From Sulfuritalea sp. (lineage in GTDB: Bacteria; Pseudomonadota; Gammaproteobacteria; Burkholderiales; Rhodocyclaceae), in NCBI GenBank assembly GCA_044360105.1, contig JBIKKY010000027.1:1-32000 (forward strand): DNA of 32,000 nt, in the 5' to 3' direction. The notes beneath the pieces are model-generated. The model made no database searches, was not told the DNA's origin, and saw only the letters and a list, made by a program, of their open reading frames with translations. This document shows positions 14,955 through 24,831 of the stretch, piece by piece. The translations under genes were made by a program, and so were the position numbers. Position 1 is the stretch's first letter, and the number at the start of each line of letters is the position of its first letter.

Positions 14955-16316
14955 TTGCAGGAAATCAAGATTTTACCCCATCCCCTCCCCAGCCCTCCCC
15001 TTGAAGGGGAGGGAGTTGCGCCTTCGACACGCGCGCATTTCTGGGCCGGCGCGGGCGTGGTGGGTGTTTCGCTGTTCAGCATGGTTGCCCTCGGCACGGT
15101 CAACGAGGCCCGGCCGACGGACATCCCGCAGCAACTGGTGGTCGAAAGCCTGTCCCTGCCCGCGCTGAGCGCGGCGACGGAAAGCGAGCAGAGCTTCCTG
15201 CGCGAAGAGCGGGTTCAGCGCGGCGATACCGTGATGGGCTTGATGCAGCGCCTGGGCGTCGATGATCCGGCCGCGATCGGCTTCATCAAGGGCAACGCCA
15301 CGACGCAAAGCCTGTTCCGCCAGCTCAGTCCGGGCAAGAACCTGACGGCGCGCACCGGACCGCAGGGTGAGTTGCAGAGTTTGATTTTCCCGCTCAACGG
15401 CGGCAAGGACGAGGCCCTGGTGGTCGAGCGCAAGGCCGATGGCAGCGGGTTTGCCGCCGCGGAGCAGGCCCTGGCGCTGGAAACCCAGGTGATCATGAAA
15501 ACCGCCGAGATCCGCTATTCGCTGTTCGGCGCATCGGATGATGCAGGAATTCCGGATGCGGTAGCGATGCAACTGGCGGACATATTCAGCGGCGACATCG
15601 ATTTTCATCGCGATTTGCGCAAGGGCGACCGATTTGCGGTGATCTACGAATCCATCAACCACCTCGGCCGCCCGGTGCGCAGCGGGCGCATCCTCGCCGC
15701 CGAGTTCGTCAATAACGGCAAGGCCTACCGTGCTGCATGGTTCGCCGACCCGGACGGCGGCCAGGGCAGCGGCGGCTATTACACCGCCGAGGGCAAGAAC
15801 ATCCGCAAGGCCTTCCTGCGCTCGCCGCTGGAATTCTCCCGCATCACGTCCGGCTTCACTGCGGCGCGCTTCCATCCCGTGCTGCAGAAATGGCGGGCGC
15901 ACAAGGGTGTCGATTACGGCGCGCCGACCGGTACCCGGGTCAAGGCGACCGGCGACGGCACGGTCGAATATGTCGGCGTCCAGGGCGGCTACGGCAAGGT
16001 GGTGATCCTGCGCCACCAGAATCGCTTCACCACGCTCTACGGCCACCTCTCGGGCTTCGCCTCCGGATTGCGCCGCGGCAGCCGCGTCGGCCAGGGCGAC
16101 GTGATCGGCTTCGTCGGCGCCACGGGGCTGGCCAGCGGCCCACACCTGCATTACGAGTTCCGCGTGAACGACGTGCATCAGAACCCGCTGGCGATGGCCC
16201 TGCCCAGCGCACCGCCCCTGGCACCCCAGCAGCTCGGGCTGTTCCGCGCGCAGACCGGCGCCCATCTGGCCCGTATCGAGCTGATTCGCGGATTCAACCT
16301 CGCCCAGGCGGATTGA
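14955..16316 (+). CDS. M23 family metallopeptidase with an OapA/LysM-like N-terminal region; start uncertain
   Basis: [22 protein letters not shown] ... [15 protein letters not shown] are the M23 HxxxD and HxH motifs. An N-terminal membrane anchor is present ([20 protein letters not shown]). Candidate starts are TTG 14955, GTG 15057/15060 and ATG 15081, and none has a clear RBS. Confidence 0.85.
   Translation: MQEIKILPHPLPSPPLEGEGVAPSTRAHFWAGAGVVGVSLFSMVALGTVNEARPTDIPQQLVVESLSLPALSAATESEQSFLREERVQRGDTVMGLMQRLGVDDPAAIGFIKGNATTQSLFRQLSPGKNLTARTGPQGELQSLIFPLNGGKDEALVVERKADGSGFAAAEQALALETQVIMKTAEIRYSLFGASDDAGIPDAVAMQLADIFSGDIDFHRDLRKGDRFAVIYESINHLGRPVRSGRILAAEFVNNGKAYRAAWFADPDGGQGSGGYYTAEGKNIRKAFLRSPLEFSRITSGFTAARFHPVLQKWRAHKGVDYGAPTGTRVKATGDGTVEYVGVQGGYGKVVILRHQNRFTTLYGHLSGFASGLRRGSRVGQGDVIGFVGATGLASGPHLHYEFRVNDVHQNPLAMALPSAPPLAPQQLGLFRAQTGAHLARIELIRGFNLAQAD
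14976..15013. repeat. GC-rich C-tract/G-tract hairpin element E1
   Basis: CCCCATCCCCTCCCCAG then CCCTCCCC-TTGAA-GGGGAGGG, an 8-bp stem at 14993-15013. Its architecture is similar to E3 (28636-28675) and E2 (23878-23919). Confidence 0.7.
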
Positions 16317-16317
16317 C

Positions 16318-17406
16318 GTGTCCCTGGTGGCCGGGTTGATGTCGGGGACCAGCCTGGACGGCGTCGATGCGGTACTGGTCGATTTTTCGGAACATCCGCC
16401 GCGGACGCTGGCCACGTTCTGGCTGCCCTATCCTGAAGAAATTCGCCGCCAGGCCCTGCAGCTGCAGACTGCGGGCCAGGATGAAATTCGCCGCGCGGCG
16501 CTGCTGGCCAACGAACTGGCGCACTGTTACGCTGCGGCGGTGCGCGAGCTGCTCGCCGGCGCCGGGGTCGCTGCAGCACAGGTCGCGGCCATCGGCTGCC
16601 ACGGCCAGACCATCCGCCACCAGCCGGGCGCCGGCTACACCGTCCAGATCAACAATCCGGCCCTGCTGGCGGAACTCGCCGGAATCGCCGTCATCGCCGA
16701 TTTCCGCAGCCGCGACATCGCCGCCGGCGGCCAGGGCGCACCGCTGGTGCCGGCCTTCCATGCCGCCGTGTTTGGCGACCCTCAGTTACACCGGGTGATC
16801 GTGAACCTCGGCGGCATCGCCAACCTGACCGATCTCGCTGCGGGCCGGCCGGTGCGGGGTTTCGACTGCGGTCCGGGCAATTTGCTGATGGATGCCTGGA
16901 TCGAGCGCCATCAGGGGCGGCGCTACGATGAGGGCGGACACTGGGCGGCTCAGGGAAAGGTGCTGCCGGATCTGCTGCAGCGCCTGCTGGCCGACCCCTT
17001 CTTTGCCGCCGCGCCGCCGAAAAGCTGCGGCCGTGACGAGTTCAACAGCGACTGGCTGGAAGCCCGGCTTGCCGGCAGCGAACGCCCCGAGGACGTGCAG
17101 GCGACATTGCTCGAATTGACCGCCGTCTCGGTATCCGCCGCCATCGGCCGCTGCTGCGGCAGCCCGCAGGAAGTGTTTGTCTGCGGCGGCGGCGCGCGCA
17201 ATCAGGCGCTGATGGCGCGCCTGCAACAACATCTGCCGGATTGCCGTGTCGCCAGCACCGACTTTCTGGGCCAGCCGGCCGACTGGGTCGAAGCCGTGGC
17301 CTTTGCCTGGCTGGCGTGGCGCACGCTGCGCGGCGAAGCGGGAAACCTCGCCGCAGTCACCGGCGCCCGCGGACCGCGAGTCCTCGGCGCCATCTACCCG
17401 CGATAA
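16318..17406 (+). CDS. anmK: Anhydro-N-acetylmuramic acid kinase
   Basis: GTG start 1 nt after the M23 stop. LMSGTSLDGVDAVLVDF at the N-terminus and ...DFRSRDIAAGGQGAPLVPAFH are AnmK signatures. Confidence 0.9.
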   Translation: MSLVAGLMSGTSLDGVDAVLVDFSEHPPRTLATFWLPYPEEIRRQALQLQTAGQDEIRRAALLANELAHCYAAAVRELLAGAGVAAAQVAAIGCHGQTIRHQPGAGYTVQINNPALLAELAGIAVIADFRSRDIAAGGQGAPLVPAFHAAVFGDPQLHRVIVNLGGIANLTDLAAGRPVRGFDCGPGNLLMDAWIERHQGRRYDEGGHWAAQGKVLPDLLQRLLADPFFAAAPPKSCGRDEFNSDWLEARLAGSERPEDVQATLLELTAVSVSAAIGRCCGSPQEVFVCGGGARNQALMARLQQHLPDCRVASTDFLGQPADWVEAVAFAWLAWRTLRGEAGNLAAVTGARGPRVLGAIYPR

Positions 17407-17417
17407 AACAAGCGAAA

Positions 17418-17448
17418 AAGGGCGCGGGGCTCAATGCCCCGCGCCCTT
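17418..17448. terminator. Bidirectional rho-independent terminator between anmK and erpA
   Basis: AAGGGCGCGGGGC-TCAAT-GCCCCGCGCCCTT, a 13-bp stem flanked by an A-run and a T-run. Confidence 0.8.
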
Positions 17449-17469
17449 CGTTTCGTTATAGCAGTCGAA

Positions 17470-17820
17470 TCAGGCCGAGAAGGACGACCCGCAACCGCAG
17501 GTCGATTGGGCATTCGGGTTTTTGATCACGAACTGCGAACCTTCCAGGCCCTCCGAGTAATCGATCTCGGCGCCGACCAGGTACTGGTAGCTCATCGGGT
17601 CGATCAACAGCGACACGCCGTTCTTTTCCATCACGGTGTCGTCTTCGTTGGTCACTTCGTCGAAGGTGAAGCCGTACTGGAAACCGGAGCAGCCGCCACC
17701 GGTAACGAATACCCGCAGCTTGAGTTCTGGGTTGCCTTCCTCGGCGATCAGCTCCTTGACCTTGCTTGCCGCGTTGTCGGTGAAGTTGAGCGGTGCCGGC
17801 ATTTCGGTGGGTGCGTTCAT
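17470..17820 (-). CDS. erpA: Iron-sulfur cluster insertion protein ErpA (A-type carrier)
   Basis: [20 protein letters not shown] and the C-terminal CGCGSSF motif. Confidence 0.9.
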   Translation of the reverse strand: MNAPTEMPAPLNFTDNAASKVKELIAEEGNPELKLRVFVTGGGCSGFQYGFTFDEVTNEDDTVMEKNGVSLLIDPMSYQYLVGAEIDYSEGLEGSQFVIKNPNAQSTCGCGSSFSA

Positions 17821-17893
17821 GGCGTTCTCCTGGGGGAATCGGTAATGGCCTACTAAATAAGTCCAGTAATTATGATTTCAATGGGGCAAAAGG

Positions 17894-18295
17894 TCAATTG
17901 CTGGCGGCAAGCTTCAATTCCACTGACTTCGCCGTCGTGCCCTGATGTACCAGGCGGCCCTGGATTACGGCGCCGAGATGGATTTCGATCGTGCTGTACT
18001 CGACATCCCCCGTGACCCGGGCACGCGTCTGAAGTTCGAGGAATTCGCTCGAATGGACCGCGCCGATCACGGTGCCGTTGATGACCAGGTGGGAAACCGT
18101 GATATCCCCCTCGATCCGGGCGTGCTCGCTGATCACCAGCGTCGCGGGCTGGCCTTCGGCGCCGCGTACATCGCCTTTGATTTCGCCGTCCACGCGCAGG
18201 CCGCCGGCGAAGGTGACATCGCCGGTCACTGTGGTGCCGGCACCGATCAGGGTGTCGATGCGCCCCTGGGGCTTTCTGTTTTGCTTGCCGAACAT
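17894..18295 (-). CDS. Bactofilin (polymer-forming cytoskeletal protein, DUF583)
   Basis: Start at the ATG at 18295 after AAAGGAGATTCCAATC. It shows a repetitive beta-helix pattern (TLIGAGTTVTGDVTFAGGLRVDGEIKGDV...ARIEGDITVSHLVINGTVIGAV). Confidence 0.85.
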   Translation of the reverse strand: MFGKQNRKPQGRIDTLIGAGTTVTGDVTFAGGLRVDGEIKGDVRGAEGQPATLVISEHARIEGDITVSHLVINGTVIGAVHSSEFLELQTRARVTGDVEYSTIEIHLGAVIQGRLVHQGTTAKSVELKLAASN

Positions 18296-18333
18296 GATTG
18301 GAATCTCCTTTGCTGCAATTTGCGCCGCGACGC

Positions 18334-19101
18334 TCAAAGAACCACGCTTTGGCTAGCCTTGACCGCGCCATCCTGGATCAGGCGCGCCTCGACCCGCAGG
18401 ACCCGATCCTCGGCAGCCAGCTTGAACGTACCTTCCAGGCGCCGGAAGTAGCGGAAATGGACCTGATACTGACTGGCGGCGGGATCGCCGGCGGCGGGGA
18501 TCTGAATCATAACAGTCTCCTTGCCTTGTTGCACGGTGGCGATAAACTGAATCATGCCATTGAATTCCTTGTCCTTTTTGTCGCCAGTCTGGGCCAGAAG
18601 AAGGCGATAGCGGTATTCTCCGCCGCCGCCGGGAACAATCTGCAGCCGGCTGATCGCCAGGCCGGTATTGCCAACCTGGCCGCCCGCCAGGCTTTCGAAT
18701 GTCGCCAGATCCGCCTTGAGCCGGGTGTTTTCCTCTTCCAGCGACCTGATCTGGGCGGTCAGCCGCTCCTGCGATGTGCTCTCGATCCGCAAGCGGCTTT
18801 CGCTGGAATTCGCCACCTTGCGCGTGCCCTCGAGTTCGGACTCGAGTTTGGCGAGGCGTTCGCGCATTGCGGCGATTTCATGTTCGCTGTCACCCTGGTG
18901 AAAGCCGGCAAAGCGCTGCCCGGCGTCATAAATCCAGCCGGCCAGGGCCAGCGACAGGCCGGAAAGAACCACGATGGACAGCGCCCGCCAGTACCACGGC
19001 AAATGCGTGCGGATCGCGACCCGGGGCGCCGAAATGCCGAAGCGGCCGCGCAGCCGCCGCAGCGTCAGGGCAAAACGGGAACTAGCGAAAGGCCCGAACA
19101 T
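18334..19101 (-). CDS. Membrane-anchored coiled-coil protein, a conserved hypothetical upstream of the bactofilin
   Basis: TM segment [23 protein letters not shown] followed by a coiled coil ([21 protein letters not shown]...[19 protein letters not shown]). The ATG at 19101 overlaps the argC end by 37 nt. Confidence 0.7.
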   Translation of the reverse strand: MFGPFASSRFALTLRRLRGRFGISAPRVAIRTHLPWYWRALSIVVLSGLSLALAGWIYDAGQRFAGFHQGDSEHEIAAMRERLAKLESELEGTRKVANSSESRLRIESTSQERLTAQIRSLEEENTRLKADLATFESLAGGQVGNTGLAISRLQIVPGGGGEYRYRLLLAQTGDKKDKEFNGMIQFIATVQQGKETVMIQIPAAGDPAASQYQVHFRYFRRLEGTFKLAAEDRVLRVEARLIQDGAVKASQSVVL

Positions 19102-20093
19102 TCGTCGAGACCAAACATGAGGTTCATGTTCTGCACCGCCTGCCCGGCCGCACCCTTGACCAGGTTGTCGATGACCGAGAGAACCACCAGCGTGTCGCCC
19201 CCCTGCGGCCGGTGCACGGCGATACGGCAGGTATTGGCGGCGCGCACTGAACGTGTTTCCGGATGCGATTGCGGCGGCAGCACGTCCACGAAGGGCTCAT
19301 TGGCGTAGCGCTGTTCGAACAGGGCCTGGAAATCCTCCTCGCGCGTGATGCGGGCGTAAAGCGTGGAATGGATGCCGCGAATCATCGGCGTCAGGTGCGG
19401 GACGAAGGTCAGGCCGACCTCCTTCCCGGCCGCCAGCGCCAGCCCCTGCCGGATTTCCGGCAGGTGGCGATGGCCGGCGACCCCGTAGGCCTTGAAATTG
19501 TCCGATGCCTCGGAAAACAGGATGCCGATCTCGGCCTTGCGACCGGCGCCGGAGACGCCCGACTTGGCATCCGCGATCAGGTGGGCCAGGTCGACGCAGC
19601 CGGACTCCACCAGCGGCAGGAAACCCAGTTGGGTCGCCGTCGGATAGCAGCCAGGATTGGCCACCAGCCGGGCGCTGCGGATCTGCTCGCGATTCACCTC
19701 GGGCAGGCCATACACCGCCTCGGCGACCAGCGCCGGGCTAGCGTGGCTCATGCCGTACCACTTTTCCCACAGCGCCACGTCCTTGATGCGGAAATCGGCC
19801 GCCAGATCGATGACTTTCACCCCGGCGTCAAGCAGGCTTGCCGTCTGTTGCATGGCGATGCCGTTGGGGGTGGCGAAGAACACCACGTCGCATTTGTCCA
19901 GCGGCGCGTCCTTGGGATCGCTGAAGTTCAGGCCAACGAAGCCGCGCAGGCTGGGAAACATGTCGGCGACGGCCTTGCCGGCATCACCGCGCGAGGTGAT
20001 GGCCGTCAGTTCCACGCCGGAATGCCCCGCCAGCAGGCGCAACAGTTCCACCCCGGTGTAGCCCGTGCCGCCGACGATACCTGCCTTGATCAT
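19065..20093 (-). CDS. argC: N-acetyl-gamma-glutamyl-phosphate reductase
   Basis: From the ATG at 20093: [21 protein letters not shown], with the active-site region NPGCYPT. The longer ORF reaching 20171 translates a repeat element. Confidence 0.95.
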   Translation of the reverse strand: MIKAGIVGGTGYTGVELLRLLAGHSGVELTAITSRGDAGKAVADMFPSLRGFVGLNFSDPKDAPLDKCDVVFFATPNGIAMQQTASLLDAGVKVIDLAADFRIKDVALWEKWYGMSHASPALVAEAVYGLPEVNREQIRSARLVANPGCYPTATQLGFLPLVESGCVDLAHLIADAKSGVSGAGRKAEIGILFSEASDNFKAYGVAGHRHLPEIRQGLALAAGKEVGLTFVPHLTPMIRGIHSTLYARITREEDFQALFEQRYANEPFVDVLPPQSHPETRSVRAANTCRIAVHRPQGGDTLVVLSVIDNLVKGAAGQAVQNMNLMFGLDECSGLSLVPVLP

Positions 20094-20137
20094 GCCAAGC
20101 TCCTTGCTGCGAAAAATTAACCCAAAAACCTCATTTG

Positions 20138-20257
20138 ACACAGAGAACACGGAGAAAAGCACAGAGAACACAGAGAGTTAGATTGCGCTGAGGACTCTCC
20201 TATCGGGTGAGCCAAGGCTTTTTCTCCGCGCCCTCTGTGGCTCTGTGTTCTCTGTGT
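20138..20257. repeat. Composite inverted repeat built on CACAGAGAACAC
   Basis: The 12-mer occurs forward at 20139-20150 and 20160-20171 and reversed (GTGTTCTCTGTG) at 20246-20257. GGAGAAAAG (20151-20159) pairs with CTTTTTCTCC (20218-20227). It lies 45-165 bp upstream of argC. Confidence 0.8.
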
Positions 20258-20351
20258 TGAAAGCGGTTGCATTTGCGGTTTCTAGGACTAATGGTAACCC
20301 GTAAGCCCACAAGGGGATGCCGTCCGCGCATCAGGCGCGGACATTAAACGC

Positions 20352-20375
20352 AAAAGCCGCCCGAAGGCGGCTTTT
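20352..20375 (-). terminator. Rho-independent terminator of rplM-rpsI
   Basis: AAAAGCCGCC-CGAA-GGCGGCTTTT. On the minus strand it is followed by TTTTGCGTTT. Confidence 0.8.
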
Positions 20376-20403
20376 GAATGACAGCGATACAGCCCGCTGC
20401 AGC

Positions 20404-20796
20404 TTAGCGCTTCGAGAACTGCTTGCGGCGGCGCGCCTTGCGGAAACCCACCTTCTTGCGCTCCACCTCGCGCGCATCGCGGGTGACGAAACCGGCGCTC
20501 GAGAGCGCGGGCTTCAGGGTCGCATCGTATTCGATCAGGGCGCGGGTGATGCCATGACGCACGGCGCCAGCCTGGCCGGATTCGCCGCCGCCTTCGACGT
20601 TCACCAGGATGTCGAAGGTGCTCATGTGCTGGGTCAGTTCCAGCGGCTGGCGCACGACCATGCGGCCGGTTTCGCGCGAGAAGAACTCGTCGACCGGTTT
20701 GTCATTGACCACGAATTTGCCGCTGCCGCTGCGCAGGAAGACGCGGGCAATGGCGGACTTGCGGCGACCGGTACCGTAATATTGGGTGACTGCCAT
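20404..20796 (-). CDS. rpsI: 30S ribosomal protein S9
   Basis: [21 protein letters not shown]...[11 protein letters not shown]. Confidence 0.97.
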   Translation of the reverse strand: MAVTQYYGTGRRKSAIARVFLRSGSGKFVVNDKPVDEFFSRETGRMVVRQPLELTQHMSTFDILVNVEGGGESGQAGAVRHGITRALIEYDATLKPALSSAGFVTRDAREVERKKVGFRKARRRKQFSKR

Positions 20797-20821
20797 CAAA
20801 AACTCCTTGGATTTCCAGCGC

Positions 20822-21250
20822 TCAGATGTCGAGTGACTTGGGCTGCTGGGCGGTGTGCGGATGGGCAGCACCGGCGTAGCACTTCATCTTCTTCAGCATC
20901 GCATAGCCCAGCGGGCCCTTGGGCAGCATGCCCTTGACCGCCTTTTCCAGGATACGACCCGGGAAACGCTGCTGCAGCTTGATGAAGTTGGTTTCATTGA
21001 TGCCGCCGGGGTAACCGGTGTGGCGATAGTATTTCTTGTCCTCGGCCTTGTTGCCGGTGACGCGCAGCTTTTCGACGTTGACCACGACGATGAAATCGCC
21101 GGTATCGACGTGCGGCGTGTAGATGGCCTTGTGCTTGCCGCGCAAGCGGTGCGCGATAGCGGCAGCCAGGCGGCCGAGCACCTTGTCGGTGGCATCGACG
21201 ACAACCCAGTCGTGCTGGACCTCATGCGGCTTGGCGGAAAATGTTTTCAT
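20822..21250 (-). CDS. rplM: 50S ribosomal protein L13
   Basis: [41 protein letters not shown]... Confidence 0.97.
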   Translation of the reverse strand: MKTFSAKPHEVQHDWVVVDATDKVLGRLAAAIAHRLRGKHKAIYTPHVDTGDFIVVVNVEKLRVTGNKAEDKKYYRHTGYPGGINETNFIKLQQRFPGRILEKAVKGMLPKGPLGYAMLKKMKCYAGAAHPHTAQQPKSLDI

Positions 21251-21388
21251 TCTGGTGTTCCTTGCGTGCTTCGATAACCCGGACGGCGCAGCAAGGGATG
21301 AAATCGGCCCATGCGCTTCTCGGAAAGCCGAGCATTCTAACCAATCGGCGAAGCGCCTGTCAAATGGGATTTACGCGACATCAAGCGA

Positions 21389-22489
21389 TCAAGCTTCCTG
21401 CATCATGCGCCAGTACTGGTACTTCATCATGGCCGCCGCGCCCGCCACGATGGAAACCAGCGTCAGCACCGAACCCAGGGCCAGCGTCGAGACGCCGGTA
21501 ATGCCCTGGCCGATGGTGCAACCCATGGAGAGGACGCCGCCGATGCCCATCAGCACGGCGCCGATGGCATGGTTGAGGAAGTCGCCGGCATTGACGAACC
21601 ACTCGATGCGGAAGCTGCGCGAAATCAGCGAATAGAGCAGGGAACCGAGGATCACCCCGGCCAGCGCCACGATGCCGAAGTTGATCAGCGAGGTATCGGC
21701 CGGGTTCATCACGTAGCGGGCCAGGTCGCCCATCGGGCTCATGAAGGTGAAGGACTGGGTCTCGACACGCAAGGGCTTGACGTCGGCAAAGTCGGCAAAT
21801 TCCTTCCAGGCCGCGCCCATCGTGCCACCGGTGACATACCAGCCGACGATCACGGCGACGCCGATCACGACGCCGCCCAGGATGTGGTCGGAACTGCCGC
21901 GAAAATCGCGCGAGGAGAATGCATAGCCGATCAAGGCCACCGCCAGCACCGCACCGAAGGCCGTATTGCCGATCCCGGTCAGGTCGCCCAGAGCCTGGCT
22001 GGCCTTGCCCGCCGCCGCCAGGTTGATCGTGGTGGCCGACATCATGCTGCCGAATACCGTGTCGTAGAAGTTGGTCCACAGCATGGCGTAGGCACAGGCC
22101 GAGGCGATCGCCAGCACCACGATGGATTTCAGGTTGCCGCCGCCGATGCGCACCAGGGTCTTGTTGCCGCAACCCGACGCCAGGGTCATGCCGATGCCGA
22201 ACATCAGCCCGCCCAGCACGTAGCGCAGCCAGGCCAGATTCGGTGTCCGGTAAGGCGGGAAGGTGCCGGTGCCGATCGCCGCCTTGCCCGAGGCTTCGAG
22301 CGCCACGACGCCCAGAATGGCCACGGCGATCGCCAGCAGCCAGGCGCGCAGCCGGCCGGTGTCGCCCATGTTCACCCAGTCGGAGACGGCGCCCATGGTG
22401 CAGAAATTGGTCTTGTTGGCCACCGCGCCCATGACCATGCCGGTGACCAGCACGATGGACAGTATCTGCAGATGAATGGTGAATTCCAT
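21389..22489 (-). CDS. YeeE/YedE family inner-membrane protein (putative thiosulfate/sulfur-compound transporter)
   Basis: Polytopic membrane protein with the family's conserved Cys loops (NFCTMGAV, LASGCGNK, SMGCTIGQG). Confidence 0.85.
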   Translation of the reverse strand: MEFTIHLQILSIVLVTGMVMGAVANKTNFCTMGAVSDWVNMGDTGRLRAWLLAIAVAILGVVALEASGKAAIGTGTFPPYRTPNLAWLRYVLGGLMFGIGMTLASGCGNKTLVRIGGGNLKSIVVLAIASACAYAMLWTNFYDTVFGSMMSATTINLAAAGKASQALGDLTGIGNTAFGAVLAVALIGYAFSSRDFRGSSDHILGGVVIGVAVIVGWYVTGGTMGAAWKEFADFADVKPLRVETQSFTFMSPMGDLARYVMNPADTSLINFGIVALAGVILGSLLYSLISRSFRIEWFVNAGDFLNHAIGAVLMGIGGVLSMGCTIGQGITGVSTLALGSVLTLVSIVAGAAAMMKYQYWRMMQEA

Positions 22490-22595
22490 GAATATCCCCC
22501 GGGCCCCAGCTGCAGCCAGTTTCTTGTAAAGCCAAGCATTTTAAAATAGCGGGCAGGTCCCGGAATCAGTCTTCTTTGGCCCCAAATAATGGCAA

Positions 22596-23288
22596 TCAAT
22601 TGCCACCAACGTAATGAGTCGGGTCGGCCAGGCCGGCGGCGGCAAAGCCTTCGCTGCGCAGCCGGCAGGAATCGCAGACCCCGCAGGCGCGCCCTTCCGC
22701 ATCGGCCTGGTAGCAGGACACGGTGAGTCCGTAGTCGACGCCGAGGCGCCCGCCCGCGACGATGATCTGCGCCTTGCTCATCTCGATCAGGGGCGCGTGC
22801 ACCCTGAGCGGACTGCCTTCGACCGCCGCCTTGGTCGCCAGGTTGGCCAGTGCCTCGAAGGCGCGGATGAATTCCGGCCGGCAATCCGGGTAGCCCGAAT
22901 AGTCCACCGCGTTGACGCCGACGAAGATGTCCTGCGCGCCCAGCACCTCGGCCCAGGCCAGCGCCAGGGAAAGCATGATGGTGTTGCGCGCCGGGACGTA
23001 GGTGACCGGGATTCCGGGCATGACGCCCGTCGTCGGCACGGCGATCGACGTATCGGTCAGCGCCGACCCGCCCAACTGGCCGAGATCGAGTTTCAGCACG
23101 CGATGGGCGGCCGCGCCCAGGGCCGCCGCGACGCGCGACGCCGCCTGCAGTTCGGCACCATGGCGCTGGCCGTAATCGAGCGACAGGCAGTGGCAGGCAA
23201 AGCCCTGCTCGCGCGCCAGGGCGAGGACCGTGGCGGAATCGAGGCCGCCAGACAAAAGGACGACTGCGGGGACGACTGCGGGTGACAT
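22596..23288 (-). CDS. queC: 7-cyano-7-deazaguanine synthase
   Basis: From the ATG at 23288: [16 protein letters not shown] (PP-loop SGGxDS) and the C-terminal Zn cluster [10 protein letters not shown]. Confidence 0.93.
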   Translation of the reverse strand: MSPAVVPAVVLLSGGLDSATVLALAREQGFACHCLSLDYGQRHGAELQAASRVAAALGAAAHRVLKLDLGQLGGSALTDTSIAVPTTGVMPGIPVTYVPARNTIMLSLALAWAEVLGAQDIFVGVNAVDYSGYPDCRPEFIRAFEALANLATKAAVEGSPLRVHAPLIEMSKAQIIVAGGRLGVDYGLTVSCYQADAEGRACGVCDSCRLRSEGFAAAGLADPTHYVGGN

Positions 23289-23367
23289 GGCGGCGATGGT
23301 AGCAAACAGGCGGCTGCAGCGCTGCTCTATAATCCTCTTCCTCCCCAAATTCCTTGCGCACCCGACG

Positions 23368-24831
23368 ATGGCAAAGAAAGTGTTCATCCGCACCTTCGGT
23401 TGCCAGATGAACGAATACGACTCCGACAAGATGGTCGATGTACTGGCCGGCAGCGATGACGTGGTCAAGACGGAGAACCCCGAGGAAGCCGACATCATCC
23501 TGTTCAACACCTGCTCGGTGCGCGAAAAGGCGCAGGAGAAGGTGTTCCATGACCTCGGCCGGGTCCGGCACCTCAAGCTACTCAACCCGAAGCTGGTGAT
23601 CGGCGTCGGCGGCTGCGTCGCCAGCCAGGAAGGCGCGGCCATCGTCGCCCGCGCCCCCTATGTCGATCTCGTCTTCGGCCCGCAGACCCTGCACCGCCTG
23701 CCGCAGATGATCGCCGCGCGGCGCGAGAGCGGAAAGGCGCAGGTCGATATCTCCTTCCCGGAACTCGAAAAGTTCGACGTGCTGACGCCGACCTATGCGC
23801 GCATGGAGAGCCCGTCCGCGGCGACGGGCCGCCCCGAGCCGGGGACCGCCAGCGACACGGAGCCGCGCAGCGGCGAACCTCCATCACCCCCGCCCCGGGG
23901 GCGGGGGCAGGGGGGTGGGTCGTCATTCGTTTCGATCATGGAGGGCTGCTCGAAGTACTGCACGTTCTGCGTCGTGCCCTATACGCGCGGCGAAGAGGTC
24001 TCGCGTCCGCTGGCGGACGTCGTGGCGGAAATCACCGGACTGGTTGCGCGCGGCGTGCGCGAAGTCACGCTGCTCGGGCAAAACGTCAACGCCTACCGGG
24101 GGGCAATGGACGACGACGACACCGCCGACCTGGCCTACCTGATCGAAACCCTGGCCGCCATGGAAGGCATCGAGCGCATCCGCTACACCACCTCCCACCC
24201 GCGCGAGATGACGCAACGCCTGATCGACACCTACATCGGCACGCCGAAACTGGTCTCGCACCTGCACCTGCCGGTGCAATCCGGCTCGGACCGCATCCTG
24301 GTCGCGATGAAGCGCGGCTACACCGTGCTCGAATTCAAGTCGCTGGTGAAAAAACTCAAGGCGGCGCGGCCCGGTCTTTCGCTCTCGTCCGACTTCATCA
24401 TCGGCTTCCCCGGCGAGACGGAAGAAGACTTCGAAAAAACCATGCGTCTGGTCGAGGAGCTGAATTTCGACAACAGCTTCTCCTTCGTCTACAGCCCGCG
24501 CCCCGGCACCCCCGCCGCCGACATGGCCGACGACACGCCGGCGGAGCTCAAGATAAAACGACTGATGCGCCTGCAGAAGACCATCGAGGGGCAGGCCCTG
24601 AAAATCAGCCAGGCCATGGTCGGCACGATGCAGCGCGTCCTGGTCGAAGGCCATGCGCGCAAGGACGCCAGCGAACTGGCCGGCCGCACCGACAACAATC
24701 GCGTGGTCAACTTCGCCGGCAACGAGCGCCTGGTCGGCCGCTTCGTCGATGTCACCATCACCGCCGCGCTGCCGCACAGCCTGCGCGGCGAAGTCGTGAC
24801 CCGCCAACTAGCCGTCACCGCCCACGGATGA
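23368..24831 (+). CDS. miaB: tRNA-2-methylthio-N6-dimethylallyladenosine synthase, carrying a 35-codon in-frame insertion
   Basis: [22 protein letters not shown], the radical-SAM motif CSKYCTFC, and a TRAM domain at the C-terminus. The extra segment [35 protein letters not shown] sits before FVSIMEGC. Confidence 0.95.
   Translation: MAKKVFIRTFGCQMNEYDSDKMVDVLAGSDDVVKTENPEEADIILFNTCSVREKAQEKVFHDLGRVRHLKLLNPKLVIGVGGCVASQEGAAIVARAPYVDLVFGPQTLHRLPQMIAARRESGKAQVDISFPELEKFDVLTPTYARMESPSAATGRPEPGTASDTEPRSGEPPSPPPRGRGQGGGSSFVSIMEGCSKYCTFCVVPYTRGEEVSRPLADVVAEITGLVARGVREVTLLGQNVNAYRGAMDDDDTADLAYLIETLAAMEGIERIRYTTSHPREMTQRLIDTYIGTPKLVSHLHLPVQSGSDRILVAMKRGYTVLEFKSLVKKLKAARPGLSLSSDFIIGFPGETEEDFEKTMRLVEELNFDNSFSFVYSPRPGTPAADMADDTPAELKIKRLMRLQKTIEGQALKISQAMVGTMQRVLVEGHARKDASELAGRTDNNRVVNFAGNERLVGRFVDVTITAALPHSLRGEVVTRQLAVTAHG
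23878..23919. repeat. GC-rich hairpin element E2 inside miaB
   Basis: CCTCCATCACC then CCCCGCCCC-G-GGGGCGGGG (near-perfect 19-bp palindrome at 23888-23906) then CAGGGGGGTGGG. Confidence 0.7.

Noticed and set aside
13688-15124. N-terminal extensions of the tyrS (to 15124), argC (to 20171), queC (to 23642), rpsI (to 20871) and glyQ (from 29042) ORFs
   Set aside because: The conserved protein N-termini begin at internal ATGs (14875, 20093, 23288, 20796 and 29174). The extensions run through intergenic repeats or neighbouring genes.
21251-21388. A possible ribosomal-protein leader or regulatory RNA upstream of rplM
   Set aside because: There is only a weak 5-bp hairpin (CTCGG-AAAG-CCGAG), and I recall no known leader family with this sequence. 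It cannot be supported without covariance-model searches.
21389-22489. The YeeE/YedE transporter as part of a novel sulfur module
   Set aside because: It is a single, well-recognised family member in a core context. The only oddity is the lack of an adjacent TusA/YeeD-like gene, which is not enough to call a system.
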